A DNA stretch of 64,000 nucleotides from an uncultured Christensenellaceae bacterium (GTDB lineage Bacteria; Bacillota; Clostridia; Christensenellales; UBA3700): positions 72,520 to 136,519 of the forward strand of contig CALWBV010000002.1 in the NCBI GenBank assembly GCA_944376205.1, given 5' to 3'. Positions 19,522-28,753 of the stretch are shown one piece after another. The stretch's first letter is position 1, and every line of letters starts with the position of its first letter. Below the pieces are notes generated by a model. That model was not told the DNA's origin, did no database searches, and saw only the letters and a list, made by a program, of their open reading frames with translations. The translations under genes and the position numbers were made by a program.

Positions 19522-20235
19522 TCACAATATCTTTACGTCTACTATATGTCTCAAAGCGCTGAGGAGTTCCTTGTCTGCATTCTGTCTTTCAATCACAACC
19601 TCGCTTGCACCGTATTTCACTATCGCATTGATAATATTATGCAACTTTTCGCTGAAAATTTCAGGAACGTTTACAAGTCCGCCTTTTGTTACGTTTGTAA
19701 TCAGTATTTCCTTGCTGTCTGCAATAAAGAGACTCGTTCCCTTCCTCTCTCCCAACATATAAAGCGCAAGTGAATATACATCCTTTTCTCTGAAGCCGCT
19801 GTTGACGGTATTTGCTATTACTCGTCCGAGTTCTTTCCACTCTTCGACAAGAGTACGCAGTCTGAAGTTGACTATGCCGTCTATACAATATGCGTCCAAT
19901 TCCGATAATACTTTTCGGACAATGTTTTGTTCCTTTGCGTCATCGTAATACAGCATTGACGATATCAGCGTACATAGCGATGAATTAATTTTGATGTTTC
20001 CCAAAGACGAAGTAATATACTCCAACTTTACGTTGTTGAGTATTATTTCCGTAATCAAGTCAAAGACCTTGTTCATTACAGCCGGTTTGTCTCTGTCCTT
20101 TGAAGCTATGTCATAGCTGACGTATTTTCCCCATACCCCGTCTGCATAATATAACCCTTCTATCTTCTCAAGTCCTCTTTTGAGTACCCCGTCCTTATCA
20201 AAACGGCTACTGATTAATATTGAACTCTGCCACAT
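19522..20235 (-). CDS. Hypothetical protein, possibly YtxC-like (sporulation-associated)
   Basis: 237 aa; motif IDGIVNFRLRTLVEEW resembles the YtxC-family IDGF..FRL segment, and the gene lies immediately upstream of thrS as ytxC does in B. subtilis. Assignment rests on memory and synteny. Confidence 0.4.
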   Translation of the reverse strand: MWQSSILISSRFDKDGVLKRGLEKIEGLYYADGVWGKYVSYDIASKDRDKPAVMNKVFDLITEIILNNVKLEYITSSLGNIKINSSLCTLISSMLYYDDAKEQNIVRKVLSELDAYCIDGIVNFRLRTLVEEWKELGRVIANTVNSGFREKDVYSLALYMLGERKGTSLFIADSKEILITNVTKGGLVNVPEIFSEKLHNIINAIVKYGASEVVIERQNADKELLSALRHIVDVKIL

Positions 20236-20444
20236 AATTTCCTCATTAGGTATTTTATGCCGACATTTTGATTTTATGCTTTGCGGCTACCCGATTATGT
20301 AATTATATTATTATAATATTAATCAATAATATACTCAAAACTTGACCTTGTTTAACCGTTTGATAAGAATATCCTCTATATCATCATTCTTAAAAAAACA
20401 TACCTATGATTAAAACCGTCATATTTGTTAAAGCAATGTATTTA

Positions 20445-20473
20445 TTGACACGATTATCCGATAATAATATAAT
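20445..20473 (+). promoter_or_regulatory. Consensus sigma-A promoter of the aminopeptidase gene
   Basis: TTGACA (20445-20450), 17 nt, TATAAT (20468-20473). Confidence 0.65.
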
Positions 20474-20509
20474 ATTACTTGAACAATTGTTGACTTAAGG
20501 AGATTTTTT

Positions 20510-21736
20510 ATGCAAAAAACAAAACTCAAAGCATATGCAAAACTTATAGCCCAAAAAGGCGCAAACGTACAAAAAGGACAAGTCGTATGGATAACCGCAT
20601 CCCTCGACCAACCGGAATTCGTAGAAATGCTCGTCAAAGAGTGCTACGCTTTGGGAGCAAAAAGGGTTACCGTGGACTGGCAGCATCTCCCTCTTACGGT
20701 ACTTGATTCTAAATACGTAACTCTCAAAAATCTTTCGCAAGTCGAAGAATGGCAAAAACAGAAGATGCAATATCAAGTAGACAATCTTCCCGTAAGAATC
20801 TATCTGGAAAGCGACGACCCTGACGGTCTTAATAAAGCCGATCAGGAAAAAATGGCAAAGGCCCGAATGGCTCAATACCCTATTCGCAAACCTTATATAG
20901 ATGCAATCGACAATAAATATCAATGGTGCATCGCCGCAGTTCCCTCAATAGCCTGGGCAAAGAAAGTATTTCCCGAAGATAAGCCGAAGCTCGCCGTCGA
21001 AAGACTTTGGTCTGCAATACTATTTACGTCCCGTGCTTTGGGAAACCCTATTGAAAACTGGACAGAACACAACAAAAATCTGCACAGTAAGTGTGAATTG
21101 CTCAATGCTATGAAATTGCGTTCGCTTCACTATACTTCAGCTCAAGGCACAGATTTGAAAGTCGGACTTTTGCCCAATGCAAACTTCCTTGCCGGCAGCG
21201 AAAGCACTTTGGGAAACAATATCGAATTCAATCCAAATATCCCTAGCGAAGAAGTATTCACTACTCCTAAAGCAGGTGCGGCAGAAGGTATTGTCTATGC
21301 GACTAAACCTCTGTCCTATCAAGGAGTGCTGATTGAAGATTTCAGTATGGAATTCAAGGACGGAAAAGTCGTAAAAGTAAGTGCTCGCAAAAATCAGGCA
21401 CAACTAGAACAAATGGTATCTATGGACAAAGGCGCCGCAATGCTGGGAGAATGTGCACTCGTACCCCAAGATTCTCCTATTGCCGTAAGCGATATTCTTT
21501 TCTACAACACTCTTTTTGACGAAAACGCAAGTTGTCACCTTGCTCTTGGCAGAGGTTTTTCCAACTGCGTTCAGAATTATGAAAAATATACGCAGGAAGA
21601 ATTCGACGCCATGGGAGTCAACACAAGTATGATACACGTTGACTTTATGATCGGCAGCGACACTCTCGACATCGTAGGTACCACAGAGGACGGAAAAGAC
21701 GTACAGATTTTCAAAAACGGACATTGGGCAATATAA
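20510..21736 (+). CDS. M29-family aminopeptidase (AmpS/PepS-like)
   Basis: 408 aa; overall match to thermophilic metalloprotease M29 aminopeptidases (EEVFTTP, ...LFDENASCHLALG, HVDFMIG); SD AAGGAG 7 nt before the ATG. Confidence 0.88.
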   Translation: MQKTKLKAYAKLIAQKGANVQKGQVVWITASLDQPEFVEMLVKECYALGAKRVTVDWQHLPLTVLDSKYVTLKNLSQVEEWQKQKMQYQVDNLPVRIYLESDDPDGLNKADQEKMAKARMAQYPIRKPYIDAIDNKYQWCIAAVPSIAWAKKVFPEDKPKLAVERLWSAILFTSRALGNPIENWTEHNKNLHSKCELLNAMKLRSLHYTSAQGTDLKVGLLPNANFLAGSESTLGNNIEFNPNIPSEEVFTTPKAGAAEGIVYATKPLSYQGVLIEDFSMEFKDGKVVKVSARKNQAQLEQMVSMDKGAAMLGECALVPQDSPIAVSDILFYNTLFDENASCHLALGRGFSNCVQNYEKYTQEEFDAMGVNTSMIHVDFMIGSDTLDIVGTTEDGKDVQIFKNGHWAI

Positions 21737-21795
21737 ATATTTTATTAAAATAATGAATTGTCAAATCAATGCAACACTTTTTGCAAAGTAAATTG

Positions 21796-21820
21796 AAAAG
21801 GGAGCGATTGCTCCCTTTTT
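21796..21820. terminator. Bidirectional terminator between convergent genes
   Basis: AAAA-GGGAGC-GAUU-GCUCCC-UUUUU, with A- and T-runs on both sides. Confidence 0.75.
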
Positions 21821-21859
21821 CTTTTGATTTATTACAATTCGGATTGTATAATCGGCTTT

Positions 21860-22897
21860 TTATATTTGCGTTTGACTTGCCTTATTCTCTACCCCGTCGT
21901 TTTGCTCACTCTCAATAATATAAGCTTTTTTAGCAATGTCATTGAGTTTCGTCTGAACAAGTATGGGCGGTATTATTCCTATTATAAACGTAAGCACAAC
22001 GCACAATGCCGCAATAGAACAGTAATCGCCTTGTTTCTCCGCTTTTTTCTCTATGCGCCTACAAGTTTTGTACAGCCAGTAAAGATAATAAAAAGGTATA
22101 AACATACTCAAAAGCACACATGTCAGAGGATCTCTTTCTTTGTCATACTCGTCTCTGCATTCGTTGAGCGCTTTAGTCGTACGGTATATCCATATCAGCT
22201 CCCATATTCCGCAAGTGAATATCAAATAGAATACGTGCCTATACATTTTGACATATCCGAGTTGTTTTTCTCTGTCATAAACAACGTCTTCTTGATCGTT
22301 GTAAGGCGACATCCAAAGACAAAGAAAAACCGTTCTGCCATACACCAAAACCATAATTAAAATTTCTATGACGAAAAAATACTCTATTGCAGACAAAGCT
22401 TCGTATAATTTGACTTGCGACAGCAGATAGTTGACAAATACAAGCAAATAATACACCAAATATATGATTATTACGCCAAGACACATCGCCCGCATTGTGA
22501 ACGGAGATATCTTGTTTTGTTTTTCGACGCACGCAATAATGCAGTAAACCAACAACATGATAATTGCCACATAACTTAATATGTTGCATATAGTCGTAAG
22601 CGAAGTATGGCTTCTGATCTGGTCGAAATCAATGTTGGCAAAACTGTAAATCATGCTGAATCCCGTCAGTGCGACAAAAGGAATTCTGCTCTTTGCTATA
22701 AGCAAAGCAACGGTAAAAACAATTGTGTATAGCAAATCTATTATTCCCGATATTACGGATTGCCACACGTAATTCTCCGCAATATACACATTAAGCGTGT
22801 GTAAAGCGTTGATAACGAGAAAACAACTGAATGCGCCTGCAATTAACGCATATAACTTGCTCTCTTGTTTTTCACGCGAGTTGAGCATCTCCTCCAT
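21860..22897 (-). CDS. Polytopic membrane protein with C-terminal DUF4234-like segment
   Basis: ~345 aa with ~8 hydrophobic helices. FYLIFTCGIWELIWIYRT resembles the DUF4234 TCGIY..YW motif. The ATG at 22897 follows AGAGGGG; visibly AT-rich. Confidence 0.6.
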   Translation of the reverse strand: MEEMLNSREKQESKLYALIAGAFSCFLVINALHTLNVYIAENYVWQSVISGIIDLLYTIVFTVALLIAKSRIPFVALTGFSMIYSFANIDFDQIRSHTSLTTICNILSYVAIIMLLVYCIIACVEKQNKISPFTMRAMCLGVIIIYLVYYLLVFVNYLLSQVKLYEALSAIEYFFVIEILIMVLVYGRTVFLCLWMSPYNDQEDVVYDREKQLGYVKMYRHVFYLIFTCGIWELIWIYRTTKALNECRDEYDKERDPLTCVLLSMFIPFYYLYWLYKTCRRIEKKAEKQGDYCSIAALCVVLTFIIGIIPPILVQTKLNDIAKKAYIIESEQNDGVENKASQTQI

Positions 22898-23082
22898 AAA
22901 AATTTCCCCTCTTATTTTATGCTTCAATTATACCAAATATTTTTATTGAAATCAATACCAATCGTTATTTATAATCAACTATTATATTTATAGTTGAAGT
23001 CGTAATCAATAAGGCTAATGCAAAGCCTCTTTTTCAATTGTACGGCTATATGAAAAAATATATAAAAAATATAAAAAAACAA

Positions 23083-23111
23083 TTGACAATTGTCTGCAAT
23101 TAAGATATTAT
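23083..23111 (+). promoter_or_regulatory. Sigma-A promoter of tRNA-Leu
   Basis: TTGACA (23083-23088), 17 nt, TATTAT (23106-23111), 13 nt before the tRNA 5' end. Confidence 0.65.
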
Positions 23112-23124
23112 TAGTAATGCAAAT

Positions 23125-23207
23125 GCGGTCATGGCGGAATAGGCAGACGCGTACGTTTGAGGGGCGTATGGGCAACCATCCGGGTTCAAGTCCCGGTGAC
23201 CGCACCA
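23125..23207 (+). tRNA. tRNA-Leu (anticodon GAG), class II with long variable arm, CCA encoded
   Basis: Manual cloverleaf: acceptor GCGGUCA/UGACCGC, D-arm GCG-GAAUAGGCAGA-CGC, anticodon stem UACGU/GCGUA with loop UU-GAG-GG, variable arm UGG-GCAA-CCA, T-arm CCGGG-UUCAAGU-CCCGG, then ACCA. Confidence 0.93.
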
Positions 23208-23244
23208 GCTAAAGCGACAATGCCTATGTATGGCAACAAAAAAT

Positions 23245-23266
23245 GAGAGGAAAACCTCTCTTTTTT
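23245..23266 (+). terminator. Terminator T1 (ends the tRNA-Leu transcript; reiterated in each repeat unit)
   Basis: GAGAGG-AAAA-CCUCUC + U6; further copies at 23678-23700 and 24112-24134; an A-run upstream makes it potentially bidirectional. Confidence 0.8.
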
Positions 23267-23375
23267 ATTGCCTTTTTGGGCTTGTCGCTTTTTGTGCTTA
23301 TACTCGTGATAGTCCGAAATAACGTGACGCTCGCACTAGACGCTATACGCTTGCTCGCTATTCCGTCGCTTTGCT

Positions 23376-23400
23376 CCTTACAAGTCCCCTGACCGCACCA
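23376..23400 (+). other. tRNA-Leu 3'-end-like remnant (att-like), copy 1
   Basis: CCTTACAAGTCCCCTGACCGCACCA versus the genuine tRNA end GGTTCAAGTCCCGGTGACCGCACCA. No complementary 5' acceptor strand nearby, so it is not a functional tRNA. Confidence 0.75.
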
Positions 23401-23402
23401 AA

Positions 23403-23437
23403 CTCGCTACCCGACAAGGGTTAGCGAGTATTTTTTT
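23403..23437 (+). terminator. Terminator T2 directly after the tRNA-like remnant (second copy 23838-23872)
   Basis: CUCGCUACCC-GACAA-GGGU(U)AGCGAG hairpin (one bulged U) followed by UAUUUUUUU. Confidence 0.8.
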
Positions 23438-23810
23438 GTTATAAAAAAGCCTTTGGAGAGTGCTGTGATTTTTGCCTTTTCAAATCCGAGTGCGATACGA
23501 GCGTACTCTGCGTACGTGACTGAGCACGAGGGGTGCAGAAAAAGCGAATGGCGCGGCGCTATGCAAAGGCGCTTATTACCGACCAAACGAATAGGTCTAT
23601 ATCGAAGATATAACCTATTGTCGGTACTATTTTAATCAGAAAAATTATTATCTTGCATATGTCTGGCAACAAAAAATGAGAGGAAAAACCTCTCTTTTTT
23701 ATTACTTTTTTTTGGCTTGTCGCTTTTTGTGCTTACACTCGTGATAGTCCGAAATAACGTGACGCTCGCACTAGACGCTATACGCTTGCTCGCTATTCCG
23801 TCGCTTTGCT

Positions 23811-23835
23811 CCTTACAAGTCCCCTGACCGCACCA
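23811..23835 (+). other. tRNA-Leu 3'-end-like remnant (att-like), copy 2
   Basis: Identical to copy 1, 435 bp downstream. Confidence 0.75.
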
Positions 23836-24233
23836 AACTCGCTACCCGACAAGGGTTAGCGAGTATTTTTTTGTTATAAAAAAGCCTTTGGAGAGTGCTG
23901 TGATTTTTGCCTTTTCAAATCCGAGTGCGATACGAGCGTACTCTGCGTACGTGACTGAGCACGAGGGGTGCAGAAAAAGCGAATGGCGCGGCGCTATGCA
24001 AAGGCGCTTATTACCGACCAAACGAATAGGTCTATATCAAAGATATAACCTATTGTCGGTACTATTTTAATTAGAAAATTATTATCTTGCCTATGTATGG
24101 CAACAAAAAATGAGAGGAAAAACCTCTCTTTTTTATTACTTTTTTTTGGCTTGTCGCTTTTTTGTGCTTACACTCGTGGTAGTCCGAAATAACGTGACGC
24201 TTACTATATAATTATTAATTTATTTGTTTTCAG

Positions 24234-24262
24234 TTGAATTTCCGCTTATATTTTGATATGAT
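24234..24262 (+). promoter_or_regulatory. Sigma-A promoter of the mscS-like gene
   Basis: TTGAAT (24234-24239), 17 nt, TATGAT (24257-24262). Confidence 0.55.
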
Positions 24263-24294
24263 TTAGTAAACATTCTTACTATGGAGGAAATAAC

Positions 24295-25143
24295 ATGAAT
24301 TACTTGATGGCTCTGACGTTTTCGGATATATTGACCAATGTCGGTAATTGGTTGGTTACGGAAGGATTGAAAATCGTAATTGCAGTTATCGTATTTATTA
24401 TATACTGCGCTGTGGTCAAGGCGATCTGCAAACGTATCGATAAATCACTTATTAAGAAAAATGTTGACGAAACATTAAGAAAAGTTTCTCTGCCCTGGGT
24501 CAGAAGAGTACTGGTCTTTATCGGTTTTGCGACTGTTCTTGCATATCTCGGTATCGAAACTTCCAGTATAGCAGCGGCTATTACGTCTATCGGTCTGACA
24601 ATAGGTCTTGCTCTGCAAGGTTCGTTGTCTAACTTTGCCGGAGGCGTAGTTGTAATCGTTATGCGTCCCTATAAGATAGGAGACTACATCGAGATGGACA
24701 GCGAAGCCGGTACTGTAGTAGACATAAAACTTTTTTACACGTATCTGCGCACGGGCGACAATAAAATCGTAATTATTCCAAACAGCAAAGCCGGAAACTC
24801 CGTAATAATCAACTATACTCGTCAAGGCACCAGAAGAGACGATATAACGTTCAATATCTCATATGACAACGACTTTGAAAAAGCAAAGGATGCCATCAAA
24901 GAGTGTATAGCAAATTGCGAAAAGATTCTCAATGACCCTGCTCCGCTTGTAACAGTGAGCAATCACGGACAAAACTCTATTGACATTCTGGCAAGATACT
25001 ACACAAAGACTGACGATTTCTGGGAAGTCCATTGGTACATGATGGAAGCCGTGAAAAAAGCGTTTGACAAAAACGGTATTTCAATCCCCTATCCTCAACT
25101 CGATGTGCATATCAACCCCTCTGAAAATAAGGAAAACAAATGA
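24295..25143 (+). CDS. Small-conductance mechanosensitive channel (MscS family)
   Basis: 282 aa; three N-terminal TM helices followed by the MscS beta-domain motif GGVVVIVMRPYKIGDYIEM; SD GGAGG. Confidence 0.9.
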   Translation: MNYLMALTFSDILTNVGNWLVTEGLKIVIAVIVFIIYCAVVKAICKRIDKSLIKKNVDETLRKVSLPWVRRVLVFIGFATVLAYLGIETSSIAAAITSIGLTIGLALQGSLSNFAGGVVVIVMRPYKIGDYIEMDSEAGTVVDIKLFYTYLRTGDNKIVIIPNSKAGNSVIINYTRQGTRRDDITFNISYDNDFEKAKDAIKECIANCEKILNDPAPLVTVSNHGQNSIDILARYYTKTDDFWEVHWYMMEAVKKAFDKNGISIPYPQLDVHINPSENKENK

Positions 25144-25164
25144 TTTACAACTCTATAAAAGTCT

Positions 25165-25197
25165 AAAAAGAGGCAGTCGAACAAGCTGCCTCTTTTA
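25165..25197. terminator. Terminator between convergent mscS-like gene and coaE
   Basis: AAAA-AGAGGCAG-N9-CUGCCUCU-UUUAUU. Confidence 0.75.
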
Positions 25198-25287
25198 TTA
25201 ACTATTATAAAAAGCATATCGAATTATTAGCGTATCACAGTTTTGATTTTACAGTTCAATCAAATGCCGATTTAGCTTTACTGTATT

Positions 25288-25857
25288 TTAATTGAGTGAA
25301 TTGATTTCGTTAATGACGGCTTTTACCCTTTGTCTCAACGTTTCGCTGTCGCAATCGTTTTGGATAACGTAATCGGCAAGTCTTTTCATATTTTCGGGCG
25401 ACATCTGCTCTCTCATCACCTTGGATATGTGTTCTTTGCTGTAACCGCTTCTGTCACTGATTCTTGTTACTCTCAAAGATTTATCGGAGTCAACAAATAT
25501 AATTCTATCGAATTTATCAGCCATTTTTTCATCAAAAGCCGATACCTCGACATAAAGATTGCTTTTATTTTCAGAATATATTCTGTCTATTCTTTCAAAC
25601 ACCAAAGGGTGCGCAACAGAATTGAGAAGCTGCAATTTCTCTCTGTCGGAAAAGACGATTTGCCCCAGCTTTTGTCTGTCGATAACACCGTCTTTGACTA
25701 CGTCAAAATATTTTGCCAACTCACTCTTGTATTTTTGAGTCGTGGCTATTTCCTTGTATATCGCATCGCAATCGCATACTCTCTCATTGAATCCTGCAAT
25801 AAGATTTAGAACATAACTTTTTCCGCTTCCTATTCCGCCAATGACTGCAATCTTCAT
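25288..25857 (-). CDS. coaE: Dephospho-CoA kinase
   Basis: P-loop GGIGSGKS directly after MKIAVIGG. The start ATG shares TAATG with the polA stop, and the SD GGAGG lies inside the polA 3' end. Confidence 0.9.
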   Translation of the reverse strand: MKIAVIGGIGSGKSYVLNLIAGFNERVCDCDAIYKEIATTQKYKSELAKYFDVVKDGVIDRQKLGQIVFSDREKLQLLNSVAHPLVFERIDRIYSENKSNLYVEVSAFDEKMADKFDRIIFVDSDKSLRVTRISDRSGYSKEHISKVMREQMSPENMKRLADYVIQNDCDSETLRQRVKAVINEINSLN

Positions 25858-28418
25858 TATTTTGCCTCCAACCAATTGTTACCAAAGCCGCATTCAGCCA
25901 CAAGTTTTACTTTGAAATCAGGCGTATTGTTTTGCATGCAGTCAACGAGAATTTTCTTAACTTGCTGTACTTCGTCATGAGGACAGTCGATAATAAGTTC
26001 GTCGTGTACCTGCATGATGAGTTTAGCTTTGTATCCGCCGTCCTTAAGCGCTTTATGAACTTTGAGCATGGCAAGTTTGATAATATCGCTTGCACTGCCC
26101 TGCAAGGGCATATTCATGGCAACTCTTTCTCCGAAGCTTCTCAAATTGTAGTTGGAAGACTTGAGCTCGGGAATTTCTCTGCGACGGTTCATATAAGTAG
26201 TAACATATCCTTGTTCTTTTGCTGTCTCTACGCACTTATTCATATATTCCTTTACTTTTGGATAAGTAGCGAAATATCCGGCGATAAAATCTCTCGCTTT
26301 ATAAACTGGAATACCGAGATCTTCGGACAACCCGAAGTCGCTTATACCGTATATGATACCGAAGTTTACTGCTTTTGCCTGTCTTCTCATGTCTGCCGTA
26401 ACCATTTCTATCGGAACACCGAACACCTTTGACGCAGTGGTTGCATGAATATCGATATTATTATTGAAAGCGTCAAGCATTGTTTCGTCACCGCTGAATT
26501 GCGCCATAAGTCTCAATTCTATCTGCGAATAGTCCGCACATACAAGTACGTTTCCAGGACTTGCTATAAACATCTTGCGTATTTGTTTACCCTCGCTTTT
26601 GCGAATAGGGATATTCTGCAGATTAGGTTCGGTAGACGACAATCTTCCCGTTGCCGTAACCGTCTGTTTGAATATCGTGTGTATCTTCTGACGGCTGTCT
26701 ATAAGCGGCAGTATGCCGTCGAGATATGTGGATTTGAGTTTTGCAAGTTCTCTCTGACGGAGTATAAGCGGCACTATAGGATGCTGATTTTTGATAGAAT
26801 TCAGCACTTCGACGTTTGTCGAATAACCAGTCTTTGTCTTTTTACCCGTCTTTAGCCCTAAATCTTCAAAAAGCACGCTTGCAAGTTGCTTTGTGGAATT
26901 GACGTTGAAAGGCTTGCCTGCATAATCGATTATTTCTTTAATCAATCCGTCGAGTTCTTGAGAATATTTATCTTTGAGTTCGTTGAGAATATCCAAATCG
27001 ACTCTGAATCCCTCTTTTTCCATATCGAACAGCACTTGAACAAGAGGAAGTTCGAGTTCTTCATACAGTCTTACAAGATTTTTTTCTTTAAGTTCTCTGT
27101 CGAGAATCGTGTCTATATATTGTATAAGCGCTGCGTCTTCGCCTTCGGGAAGATTGTATGCGTTGAACAATTCTTCTTCACTCTTATAATTTCTGTTGGC
27201 ATCGATAAGATAAGCTTTGAGTAGAACGTCGCTGTCCGCTCCTTTGAGAGAAACGTCGTTTTGCATAAGAATATGCATTATATTTTTGCTGTCATAGCAT
27301 ATCTTTTTGATTTTTTCGCTTTCAAATATGCCTTTCATTGAGTCGATGAAAACATTATAATCAATACCTTCGTCCAAAAGATTTTCGGCAATAGCAATAT
27401 AATAACATTCGTCGTCGACTGCAATCGTTATTCTTTTGGAAAGACTGAATGCAAACTTTCCTTGCATGAGAATTTTTGATATTACTTGAGAAAGTCCCTC
27501 TTGCGAATTTATCTCTTGAGCTTGCGGAATTTCGACATTAATAAGCGAGGCGGCAGAATTTTCTTCTCCGTCAAACTCCAACCTGTCGATAATTTTGGTA
27601 AGTTCGAGAGCTTTGAGAAGTCTCTTAACCTCTCCCGAAAAAGGAGGATAGTCAAACTTCGCCTCCTCCAGCGTAATCTCCACGGGAGAATGCGTATTTA
27701 TGGTGGCAAGTTCGTACGACAGATAAGCTGTATCTTTATTTTCTGCAAGATTGTCGTGGAGTTTACCCTTTATCTCGTCCAGATGTTCGTAAACCCCGTC
27801 AAGCGTAGAATATTTTGCAAGCAGATCTTTTGCGGTCTTTTCACCCACTCCCGCAACTCCGGGAATATTGTCCGAAGCATCGCCCATAAGAGATTTGAGA
27901 TCGATTATCTGCGACGGAACAAGTCCTTCTTCAGACAGTGCTTTTTCGTCATAATAAGCGATTTCGCTAATACCCTTTTTTGTAAGCAAAACCGTTGTTG
28001 TAGGATCTATCAATTGGAGAGAGTCCTTGTCTCCCGTCACGATAAATGTCTGCGTATCGAATTTTTTGGCAAGCGTACCTATAATATCGTCCGCCTCATA
28101 TCCGTCCATTTCGAGTATGGGTATATTCATTGCCGCAATAATCTCTTTAAGAGGTGCAAGCTGACTTGCAAGCTCATGCGGCATAGGCTTTCTGGTAGCT
28201 TTGTAACCCTCGTATATCTGTTTACGGAAAGTAGGTGCCTTGCGGTCGAAAGTAGCGATTATATGCGTAGGCTTGTAAGTATCGACTATTTTGAGAAGCA
28301 TATTCAGATAACCGAATATTGCTCCCGTATATTGTCCTGAATGGTTGGTAAGATTGGGAAGCGCATAGTATGCTCTGTTGATGAGACTGTTGGAGTCCAA
28401 AAGAATTAATTTATCCAT
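25857..28418 (-). CDS. polA: DNA polymerase I
   Basis: 5'-3' exonuclease N-terminus and Klenow-like polymerase with motif A DYSQIELR, motif B RRQAKAVNFGIIYG and motif C QVHDEL; the ATG at 28418 follows AGAGG. Confidence 0.96.
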   Translation of the reverse strand: MDKLILLDSNSLINRAYYALPNLTNHSGQYTGAIFGYLNMLLKIVDTYKPTHIIATFDRKAPTFRKQIYEGYKATRKPMPHELASQLAPLKEIIAAMNIPILEMDGYEADDIIGTLAKKFDTQTFIVTGDKDSLQLIDPTTTVLLTKKGISEIAYYDEKALSEEGLVPSQIIDLKSLMGDASDNIPGVAGVGEKTAKDLLAKYSTLDGVYEHLDEIKGKLHDNLAENKDTAYLSYELATINTHSPVEITLEEAKFDYPPFSGEVKRLLKALELTKIIDRLEFDGEENSAASLINVEIPQAQEINSQEGLSQVISKILMQGKFAFSLSKRITIAVDDECYYIAIAENLLDEGIDYNVFIDSMKGIFESEKIKKICYDSKNIMHILMQNDVSLKGADSDVLLKAYLIDANRNYKSEEELFNAYNLPEGEDAALIQYIDTILDRELKEKNLVRLYEELELPLVQVLFDMEKEGFRVDLDILNELKDKYSQELDGLIKEIIDYAGKPFNVNSTKQLASVLFEDLGLKTGKKTKTGYSTNVEVLNSIKNQHPIVPLILRQRELAKLKSTYLDGILPLIDSRQKIHTIFKQTVTATGRLSSTEPNLQNIPIRKSEGKQIRKMFIASPGNVLVCADYSQIELRLMAQFSGDETMLDAFNNNIDIHATTASKVFGVPIEMVTADMRRQAKAVNFGIIYGISDFGLSEDLGIPVYKARDFIAGYFATYPKVKEYMNKCVETAKEQGYVTTYMNRRREIPELKSSNYNLRSFGERVAMNMPLQGSASDIIKLAMLKVHKALKDGGYKAKLIMQVHDELIIDCPHDEVQQVKKILVDCMQNNTPDFKVKLVAECGFGNNWLEAK

Positions 28419-28753
28419 AATTACCTCTATATAATGATTATATATTAAAATCAATATAATTTCAATATTATTTTTACCACAATACGGCAAAATGTACTAT
28501 TCGGGACAACAAAAGACAGCTTAAAATCGGATTTTTTTGTCTTTTCGTATATTTTTTTGCAAAAATTTGCATTTTAAGCTTATTATTGCACATAATTGAT
28601 AAGTAATTTTATGTACAATATGGATATAATTGGCATAAAAAATGTAGACAATCGTAGAAATTATGGAGAATTTTCAAAAAATATGGATAAATTTTGAAAT
28701 ACCCCTTCAATTTGCGTGCCTTTTTTTTATATCTGTGTTATAATGTGGGCGTT

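Larger units (their letters stand above)
23221..24201 (+). repeat. Tandem direct repeat, unit ~434 bp, 2.3 copies
   Basis: Units begin at 23221, 23654 and 24088 (last truncated at 24201). 23302-23603 is identical to 23737-24038; differences are confined to unit edges plus one loop SNP (23604 G vs 24039 A). Confidence 0.93.

Noticed and set aside
22975-23205. 76-aa minus-strand ORF overlapping tRNA-Leu
   Set aside because: It overlaps the tRNA gene and its promoter and has no SD. It is an artefact.
23453-24070. Two 60-aa ORFs (23453-23635 and 23888-24070), one in each full repeat unit
   Set aside because: They have TTG starts with no credible SD and an Arg/Cys-rich, composition-driven sequence. 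The ORF runs straight through the 50-nt hairpin. The single difference between copies (R/Q) is the hairpin-loop nucleotide, which fits RNA/DNA structure better than a protein. An internal GTG after GGAGAG cannot be fully excluded.
23221-24201. Tandem array considered as a CRISPR array
   Set aside because: The unit is ~434 bp with no short repeat/unique spacer alternation, and there are no cas genes in the window.
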